Position numbers and translations under genes: made by a program
Virus record (IMG/VR): IMGVR_UViG_3300027749_000459
Coordinates: 1-24,992 of that record
Source: a virus
Lineage: Duplodnaviria; Caudoviricetes
Reading direction: 5' to 3' (one strand)
DNA length: 24,992 nucleotides
Shown: positions 1 to 5,377 of the stretch, piece after piece
Position numbering within the stretch: position 1 is the first letter of the stretch
Layout of the letters: each line of letters starts with the position of its first letter
Notes under the pieces: model-generated
Told to the model about the DNA's origin: nothing
Seen by the model: only the letters and a program-made list of their open reading frames with translations
Databases searched by the model: none

Positions 1-426
1 TGGTTTAGAAACCTTTGGTTTTGAAGCCTTTGGCTTTCGTGGGCTAACCTTTGGTTTTGGGGTCTCAGAAACTCCTTGACAAGAAGCCATCAAATCTACG
101 ATTTGTTCTTTAAATGTCTTAGTCTCTCTTACAGAGAGAGGAGAGCAGTCAACTAAGAACAAAATGTTCTTACTATAAAGTTCTAAGAACTTTAAATACA
201 AAGGCTGACCATAGAAGTGCTTCCAACCTTTGGTTGTAAAGGCATCTACCATAGATACAAAGTATCTTTGTCGGTCATTTAAATGGCTAATAAGCCATTG
301 CTTCGCTTTGGCCTCAGATTTAAAGCCTTTAAGGGTTTCCATCAATTGACTTTCAGTCAATACAGCGGATACATGGTTGAAACTTTCTTTCATCTCGGAG
401 TAGGTTGGTTTGGTTTGTTTGCTCAT
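1..426 (-). CDS. Hypothetical protein, partial (runs off the window start), with a Lys/Pro-rich repetitive segment
   Basis: Read manually; not in the ORF track because it has no stop. ATG at 426 and 142 open codons: MSKQTKPTYSEMKESFNHVSAVLTESQLMETLKGFKSEAKAKQWLISHLNDRQRYF...ETPKPKVSPRKPKASKPKVSKP. Upstream is A-rich (CAAATAGACTAATA-ATG). Confidence 0.75.
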   Translation of the reverse strand, partial: MSKQTKPTYSEMKESFNHVSAVLTESQLMETLKGFKSEAKAKQWLISHLNDRQRYFVSMVDAFTTKGWKHFYGQPLYLKFLELYSKNILFLVDCSPLSVRETKTFKEQIVDLMASCQGVSETPKPKVSPRKPKASKPKVSKP

Positions 427-428
427 TA

Positions 429-495
429 TTAGTCTATTTGTTTTTATGTATGTCTCTTCACTACGTTCAGAGACTACTAAAAACAAATTGACTAA
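429..495. repeat. Long imperfect inverted repeat (~28-bp arms) immediately upstream of the minus-strand gene start
   Basis: Left arm TTAGTC-T-ATTTGTTTTTA-TGTA-T-GTCTCT pairs with right arm AGAGAC-TAC-TAAAAACAAAT-T-GACTAA around the loop TCACTACGTTC. Confidence 0.85.
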
Positions 496-1067
496 ATGGT
501 TTTGAGGCCGTTTCCTTTCGTTCTTGTACCCGTTTCCATAGGAACCCTAAGGTCACGCCGAAATCGTGCAGGAGAATCGCTAAGAATCGATTTTAGACCG
601 ATGTTTGTAACTATGTTACTGAACCCAAAACTTTTGTGCCGATTAAAATAAGATTTTAATCGTTTCGACTTTTTGGAAAATGAGGTGGAAAATCAGTGGT
701 TTGAGAGTGTTTGATTTCATCAAGTGAACGAACATCGAAACGCTGAAACCCAATGGTAGCCTACATCTTCGATGTACTTTCTATTGGTCAATCGACCCCT
801 CCGACACAAACATTTGTTTGTTACAGCCAAAACCTCCTGTATATGCCTGTGCGAAACCCCGATTTCCCTTGCGTGTCGTTTGGCACTTGCACTACGATTA
901 CCGCGCTTTAAACCTGCGGGGTAACCCGCGCAAGTAGGGGGAGGCTTTTTTATGGTGTTTTTTTGTAAATTTTTTTAGCGTATACCACCACGCTCCGCGC
1001 GAATCCTGGTTTTGCTAGTACCCTCGGGAGTTAATCTCCCGGGGGGGGTGTTTTCCAGGGGGGGTAT
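496..1067. other. Hairpin-rich non-coding region (candidate origin, genome terminus or packaging site)
   Basis: No ORF >=60 aa. Inverted repeats at 607-619 (GTAAC-TAT-GTTAC), 640-662 (CGATTAAAAT-AAG-ATTTTAATCG), 762-776 (TACATC-TTC-GATGTA), 806-821 (ACAAACA-TT-TGTTTGT), 916-929 (GCGGG-GTAA-CCCGC) and 1021-1045 (CCCTCGGGAG-TTAAT-CTCCCGGGGG), plus G8 and G7 tracts. The function is inference. Confidence 0.5.
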
Positions 1068-1075
1068 TATATTTG
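1068..1075 (+). promoter_or_regulatory. Bacteroidota sigma-70-type -7 box (TATATTTG) for the nuclease gene
   Basis: Matches TAnnTTTG; 4 nt before ATG 1080. Confidence 0.65.
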
Positions 1076-1079
1076 CGGG

Positions 1080-1664
1080 ATGAAGAAGTTTATATATATG
1101 GCGTTATGTATGGTGGGTACAAGCGCCAGGGGGCAGGTTTTACGGGACTCTGTAATGGTACGGGGGCCTATTTTCAGTGGGGTGTATTCGGAGGTGTTAC
1201 AGCAGCCGAGGCGGGTATGGTATGTGGTACAGTGTCCTACGGGAAGTTATCCTAGGGCGGGTATGGATTTCTACGGGTGCGATAGTGTTAAGGCCAGTGA
1301 CGGTAAGGATTACGAGGCGAATGTATGGGACAAGGGTCATTGTGCACCTGCTGCTGATTTTAATTGTGACAGGGCAAGATTGTGGGCTACGTTCAGTTAT
1401 TTAAATTGTGTATTGCAGCACGAGAGGCTGAATAGGGGGGCTTGGCGTATGTTGGAGGTACGGGAGCGGGAGTTGGCAAAGACTGTAAAGGTGGAGGTAG
1501 AGATCAGGATGGTTTACAGTAGGGGGAGTTTAAGGTTGCCTACGGGTGCTACTGTTCCAGATGGATTTTGGAAGGAGATTAAGTATTCTGGCAACAGCGA
1601 GGTGTATTATTTTAGGAATGAGGATCCAAAGACTACTGATTTTCGGAAGTTTTTGGTAAGGTAG
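1080..1664 (+). CDS. DNA/RNA non-specific endonuclease (NucA/EndoG-type beta-beta-alpha-metal family) with an N-terminal signal peptide
   Basis: WDKGHCAPAADF (DRGH-type catalytic motif), TFSYLNCVLQHERLNRGAWRMLE (N..PQ...N...W..LE) and VPDGFWK. The N-terminus MKKFIYMALCMVGTSARG-Q resembles a Sec signal with Gln at +1. Confidence 0.9.
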   Translation: MKKFIYMALCMVGTSARGQVLRDSVMVRGPIFSGVYSEVLQQPRRVWYVVQCPTGSYPRAGMDFYGCDSVKASDGKDYEANVWDKGHCAPAADFNCDRARLWATFSYLNCVLQHERLNRGAWRMLEVRERELAKTVKVEVEIRMVYSRGSLRLPTGATVPDGFWKEIKYSGNSEVYYFRNEDPKTTDFRKFLVR

Positions 1665-1665
1665 T

Positions 1666-1783
1666 TGATATTTTGTTTAACTTTTAGGGGTCATTTCTTA
1701 AACAAAGTGGCCCTAAAAGTTAAACAAAACTATCATTGTCTCAAAAATCCCCGGGGTGAGACAAAAAAAAGTTAAACAAAACT
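1666..1783. repeat. Compound inverted/direct repeat between convergent genes (probable bidirectional terminator region)
   Basis: Perfect 19-bp IR TTTTGTTTAACTTTTAGGG (1671-1689) / CCCTAAAAGTTAAACAAAA (1711-1729). Second IR TTGTCTCA (1736-1743) / TGAGACAA (1757-1764). 17-bp direct repeat AAAAGTTAAACAAAACT at 1715-1731 and 1767-1783. Confidence 0.85.
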
Positions 1784-1806
1784 TTAGTGGGTAGTAGTAG
1801 GGGTAA

Positions 1807-2064
1807 TTACTCAAATACGTCAATTTCATCTACGTAGATGGGGGTTTGTTCCCCTACGTAGGTATTCCAAGTATTGTATTCCAGGAATTCAATGGCATCT
1901 TCTAGTGTCATGTCTTCACTGACGAGGATTTCGATCATTTGTTGTTTGGAGTAGACGACTTTCAATGAGAGGGTATCTAGTCCAATGATGGCATCATCGA
2001 ATCCATCAGCGAATAGTAGGGTATCGTCAGGGACGAATGCGAGTAGTTGGTCTCTTTTAGTCAT
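1807..2064 (-). CDS. Conserved acidic phage hypothetical protein (ADGFDDAIIG family), 85 aa
   Basis: Start reassigned to ATG 2064 (MTKRDQLL...). The motifs LFADGFDDAIIG, VVYS..MIEIL and AIEFLEYN....YVGEQTPI recur in small proteins of aquatic phages (recalled, not searched). Confidence 0.8.
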   Translation of the reverse strand: MTKRDQLLAFVPDDTLLFADGFDDAIIGLDTLSLKVVYSKQQMIEILVSEDMTLEDAIEFLEYNTWNTYVGEQTPIYVDEIDVFE

Positions 2065-2077
2065 AAAATTAAAGTAG

Positions 2078-2590
2078 TTATAAAAGTTGTTCAGTTGATA
2101 CAAGGTAAAAGTTAAAGTGAAAGAATCCTTCTTTGTGTAAAGTATTAAAGCAATGATAGGCAGATTTGTCTATCTTTATTGAGGAGGGGGAATGATCCGA
2201 CAGGGGGTTAGAGGTTGTAAGTAAGGAATGAATGGGATGAACTATAAGGTTAATGCCGTACAGTTTAGGAGAGTCCCTATCCGAGTAGACGTTATAATCG
2301 TTAGGACCGGGATAAGAACGTACTGGCTCCATTTGTTGACCGTACACTTTGTTATATTTTTTGAGAAGGCGGTACTTATAGCATCCGGGGGTCATCAGTC
2401 TATTCTGGTGTGCAGAGGTAGCACATTGGAATTGGTGGTAGACTCTTTCGTCTCCTTGGATCGTTGGGATCAGTATGGTATCGTTTAAGCCGGGAAGGTT
2501 GTTATTGCGGATGGCTATAACGTCAGTGAACTGAGGCAGCGTCTGATACGTGCTGTAAATGAAGTCAGATAGTTTCTGGTATAGTGACAT
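2078..2590 (-). CDS. Hypothetical protein, 170 aa; possible degenerate L,D-transpeptidase-like (YkuD-fold) phage protein
   Basis: Likely start ATG 2590 (MSLYQKL...), because the longer ORF overlaps the upstream gene. The motif order VIAIR..N.DT / PGCYKY / Q.EPVRSY / LYGINL.VH / HSPSSIKI parallels the IGIR..FDD / GQY / Q..PV.VYRD / FGINIH / WSAGCQV family. Confidence 0.6.
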   Translation of the reverse strand: MSLYQKLSDFIYSTYQTLPQFTDVIAIRNNNLPGLNDTILIPTIQGDERVYHQFQCATSAHQNRLMTPGCYKYRLLKKYNKVYGQQMEPVRSYPGPNDYNVYSDRDSPKLYGINLIVHPIHSLLTTSNPLSDHSPSSIKIDKSAYHCFNTLHKEGFFHFNFYLVSTEQLL

Positions 2591-2825
2591 GATTGGTTTT
2601 ATTACTTTGGGAATTGGCTCGATAAAGTTTTTGTTTGGTTCGTTTGTAAAGGGAGCAAAAAGCAGTTCCATTAAGACCAAGTCTTTTACCTGCTCTTGCG
2701 TAAGAGTAGCCAAACTCTTCTTTTAGAATGAGGCTGGCATACTGCCTAGGACTGAGACCCCCAAAATCCAGAATTAGATCAGGGGTATCATAGTTCGTTA
2801 CTTCGTTACGAACATCATTCTCCAT
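2565..2825 (-). CDS. Stand-alone sigma-70 region-4-like HTH protein, 86 aa
   Basis: Likely start ATG 2825, overlapping the YqaJ stop. LSPRQYASLILKEEFGYSYARAGKRLGLNGTAFCSLYKRTKQKL fits the sigma70_r4 pattern L..RQR.V..L....G.SY.EIA..LG.S..TV.....RA..KL. Confidence 0.75.
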   Translation of the reverse strand: MENDVRNEVTNYDTPDLILDFGGLSPRQYASLILKEEFGYSYARAGKRLGLNGTAFCSLYKRTKQKLYRANSQSNKTNHVTIPETI

Positions 2826-3819
2826 AGATGACGTTGTTACGAAGCGCGCGCGTGCCGCGGGCGTCAGTTTTCCAAACAATCTTTCCCTTCAAACCGAAAT
2901 CCAATGCCTCGTGTTCCTTCATGTAGTTTTTAATCTGATTCGAATACTCACGGACAATCACGTCCTGGCGCTTTCCTTCTTCTTGAGCCTTCTTATGATT
3001 GATAGCAATCTCCAACAGTTCAGGCGTTCCCTGCAAAGTCTTGATTTCGGAATTCGCATACCGCTGGTTCAAAAAAGATTCAAAGGCTTGGGTGCCATCG
3101 GGTTCGGGTTCGTATAAGTGGACGTTCTCGATGTCCGCCCGAGCAGCCTCTACCCTGTCAGTAAAGTCCTGAACAGCAGATAAGATTTCAGTTACAATGG
3201 CTTCGTTGCGCTCCACGGGAAGGACGGTGAGTTTTCTGCCATCTTCCAACAGAACGATCTCTCCATAGGAAGTTTCCAACCCTATCATATAAGTGGTTAA
3301 CTGAATGATGTAGGAAGGAGGAATCCCTCCCTCCCACTGCTTGGAAGCAAAGCCACTGATTGTTTTGATTTCCAAAACCCCAAGAATATTTTTGGTGACA
3401 AGGTTGCCGTTGTAAACGATGCGGTCGGTTTCTCCTTTGGTGATGATGCGGTCAGGAGAAAAGAATAAGTTAGGATAGTCCGCGTTCAATACATAACCAG
3501 GGACGGGCTTACAAAATCTTTTCTTTACCTCGGTGTTGAAATTACCAATGACTGACTCTGCGTCGTTGTCGTAGTACTGCCACATGTTTGCGACAAAGTC
3601 CTCTAAGCGTGATCCGTAAAACATCGCCAAGTTCTCGTCTTGCTTCAATGGTATGAAGCCCAACTTCTGGTAGAAGAGTTCTATCTTGCTCTTATAAGGA
3701 TTTAATCCGAGTAAAGTGCCTACCTCTGAGGCCCCAACCCCGCGAAGGCGAAAGTTTAACCAACCCTCATAGTCGGTTTCTTTGCTGATGTTGATTATTT
3801 GGAATTTTTCGTTGGACAT
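2815..3819 (-). CDS. YqaJ-like / lambda-exonuclease family recombination nuclease
   Basis: WLNFRLRGVGASEVGTLLGLNPYKS, AMFYGSRLE, SPDR, LEIKT and YIIQLTTYM are the canonical PD-(D/E)xK YqaJ motifs. ATG start at 3819 (MSNEKF). Confidence 0.92.
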   Translation of the reverse strand: MSNEKFQIINISKETDYEGWLNFRLRGVGASEVGTLLGLNPYKSKIELFYQKLGFIPLKQDENLAMFYGSRLEDFVANMWQYYDNDAESVIGNFNTEVKKRFCKPVPGYVLNADYPNLFFSPDRIITKGETDRIVYNGNLVTKNILGVLEIKTISGFASKQWEGGIPPSYIIQLTTYMIGLETSYGEIVLLEDGRKLTVLPVERNEAIVTEILSAVQDFTDRVEAARADIENVHLYEPEPDGTQAFESFLNQRYANSEIKTLQGTPELLEIAINHKKAQEEGKRQDVIVREYSNQIKNYMKEHEALDFGLKGKIVWKTDARGTRALRNNVIYGE

Positions 3820-4061
3820 ACTACCCAAGTGTATAAAAGTTCTGCAATTTCTATAATTTTACGGGCTGTGGCTTCAGCGTTGTCTCCCGGTTTACCAACA
3901 TAGCCAGATGCCGCTGCCTTCAAACAAGACTGCCTAATGATTTTGGCATCCTTGTCATACGCATGCTGCATATGCTCAAACACGGGGGCCGACTTTTCTT
4001 TGTCAGTCCCCGTAATTTGTTTTGCAATAGTGTTGGCTAATTTCTTATTAGCGATGTCCAT
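3795..4061 (-). CDS. Small phage protein with an IIRQSCLKAA motif, 88 aa
   Basis: Tightly packed between the SSB-like and YqaJ genes. The I.RQS.LKAA helix is often seen in phage ssDNA-metabolism proteins (recalled). Confidence 0.7.
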   Translation of the reverse strand: MDIANKKLANTIAKQITGTDKEKSAPVFEHMQHAYDKDAKIIRQSCLKAAASGYVGKPGDNAEATARKIIEIAELLYTWVVCPTKNSK

Positions 4062-4062
4062 C

Positions 4063-4731
4063 TTACCAAGGTAAATCGCTTTCTTCCTCTTCAGTAACTA
4101 TATCGGTCGATACAGAAGCAATGGCAGCAGCAGCAAAAGGTGAACTCTGTGGTTTAGATTCTTGCGCCATAGCCGGGTGTGGTAAACGCTTCTTGGTCTG
4201 AGTCAACAAATTCATAAAGAATTCTAACTCGTCATCGCGGTCGATGTCCACAATCTCACCCTTCTTATTTTTTGAAACCACGATCTCAGGCTTTCCGTTA
4301 GGATTATCCTTCGTGAAAAAGAATTTACAAGGGATGTTGTTGTTTACAACGATCAATGATGCCTTCTTTACACCGTTTTCCTCTTTGATACGAGGAATAA
4401 AACGAACCGGGTAGTTGAAGTCCACGTTAGGAAGTACACTACAGAACATTCTAAAGTAAGATGAATTGGTGTCGATCTTCAAAACGTAATTCTCGCCTTG
4501 ATCCACTAGGTGAATCTGAAGAATCAATTTGGTTTTGCCGACTACCTCTTCCTCACGAGTAGAGAAGTTCGTTACAGTGCCTTCGATAAAATCATAAATG
4601 AAGTAGTACTTGATGTCTCCGTTCTTGTTCTGAACCGGGGTAGTACCCATTTCGTTTGTTTTGCTGTAGCGGTAAATCTTACCGTTTCGCATGTCAACGT
4701 AGGTTGACGAGGTGTTGTTTCCTAATCCCAT
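4063..4731 (-). CDS. Putative single-stranded DNA-binding protein
   Basis: Beta-rich body, low-complexity linker and an acidic C-terminal tail EEEESDLPW (DDLPF-like SSB tip). It is the first gene of the operon containing YqaJ. Confidence 0.7.
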   Translation of the reverse strand: MGLGNNTSSTYVDMRNGKIYRYSKTNEMGTTPVQNKNGDIKYYFIYDFIEGTVTNFSTREEEVVGKTKLILQIHLVDQGENYVLKIDTNSSYFRMFCSVLPNVDFNYPVRFIPRIKEENGVKKASLIVVNNNIPCKFFFTKDNPNGKPEIVVSKNKKGEIVDIDRDDELEFFMNLLTQTKKRLPHPAMAQESKPQSSPFAAAAIASVSTDIVTEEEESDLPW

Positions 4732-4768
4732 TATATAAATTTTTAAATGTTGTCAATTTTAAAGTATA

Positions 4769-4776
4769 CAAATATA
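4769..4776 (-). promoter_or_regulatory. -7 box (TATATTTG) driving the SSB-YqaJ operon
   Basis: CAAATATA on the + strand; 37 nt upstream of ATG 4731. Confidence 0.65.
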
Positions 4777-4793
4777 ATCAATGTTTGGCTAAT

Positions 4794-4821
4794 AAAAAAG
4801 CCCCCAACAGTCAAAGGGGGC
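4794..4821 (-). terminator. Intrinsic terminator
   Basis: The minus strand reads GCCCCC-TTTGACTGTT-GGGGGC-TTTTTT. Confidence 0.8.
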
Positions 4822-4858
4822 GGTTGTCGTTTTGTATCCCAGACAATTTAACGACTGC
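4794..4858 (-). ncRNA. Candidate ~65-nt small RNA (hairpin plus terminator)
   Basis: Lies between the -7 box at 4863-4870 and the terminator at 4794-4821. It has a 5' hairpin GUCGUU-AAA-UUGU-CUGGGAU-ACAA-AACGAC and no credible ORF. Confidence 0.5.
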
Positions 4859-4862
4859 AGGG

Positions 4863-4870
4863 CAAAGATA
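4863..4870 (-). promoter_or_regulatory. -7 box (TATCTTTG) for the candidate small RNA
   Basis: CAAAGATA on the + strand. On the minus strand ATTG lies 19 nt upstream, matching -33 spacing. Confidence 0.65.
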
Positions 4871-4903
4871 AAAAATATTTTTAAGTTCACAATTTGAAAA
4901 CCT

Positions 4904-4911
4904 TATTTTTG
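4904..4911 (+). promoter_or_regulatory. -7 box (TATTTTTG) for the HTH gene; divergent from the 4863-4870 promoter
   Basis: Matches TAnnTTTG; 8 nt before ATG 4920. Confidence 0.5.
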
Positions 4912-4919
4912 TTTAAAGT

Positions 4920-5348
4920 ATGATTGCAACGTATAGAAACAAACTAACTCCCGAAGTACTTGAAAAAGTTGTTAACGACATCGAAAGCAAGGGATACCCC
5001 AAGCCAATCGAAGATATCAAAATCCGAGATATCACTTTTTCTTATTATAGCGATACCGCTGATAAGTATCGTCTTGGCCCTGCTATTAGATTTACTCGCA
5101 ACCTTGAGTATCTGATGACCCAACGTGGGTTTAAAGTGACTGACCTAGGTAGAGAAGTAGAAAAGAAAACCGGTATTCCTTATGTGCTGTTTTTTTCTAG
5201 CGAATGTCTGAACCCCGACCGCTATGCGCTCAACACCCTATTTCAGTACACAGTCATCATTGGCTTTACTTTTAACATATGCCCCTGGGATCTTCTTCAA
5301 CACGATATCGAATACCTAAAGCAAAAAAATATGCTGAGTGTGTTTTGA
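4920..5348 (+). CDS. Putative XRE/Cro-C1-like HTH transcriptional regulator (divergent), 142 aa
   Basis: The C-terminal half NLEYLMTQRGFKVTDLGREV...NTLFQYTVIIGFTFNICPWDLL follows the XRE pattern NL..L...RG.S..ELA...TL..IA..F.V...DLL. It is transcribed divergently from the recombination operon. Confidence 0.6.
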   Translation: MIATYRNKLTPEVLEKVVNDIESKGYPKPIEDIKIRDITFSYYSDTADKYRLGPAIRFTRNLEYLMTQRGFKVTDLGREVEKKTGIPYVLFFSSECLNPDRYALNTLFQYTVIIGFTFNICPWDLLQHDIEYLKQKNMLSVF

Positions 5349-5365
5349 TATTTGAAATTTTAGTT

Positions 5366-5373
5366 TATGTTTG
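5366..5373 (+). promoter_or_regulatory. -7 box (TATGTTTG) upstream of the candidate ncRNA
   Basis: Matches TAnnTTTG, with TTTG at 5344-5347 (18-nt spacer). The first RNA stem begins 5 nt downstream. Confidence 0.65.
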
Positions 5374-5377
5374 TAAC

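Noticed and set aside
1073-1404. Overlapping ORFs 1073-1255 and 1177-1404
   Set aside because: Alternate frames of the nuclease gene, probably chance openings in this G-rich stretch; no motifs.
2844-2862. GC-rich palindromic run GCGCGCGCGTGCCGCGGGC
   Set aside because: Explained by the codons for ARGTRALR at the YqaJ C-terminus; no supporting flanking structure.
4656-4871. 71-aa plus-strand ORF across the SSB start and sRNA region
   Set aside because: It overlaps the SSB gene antisense and runs through promoter and terminator elements; no credible start context.
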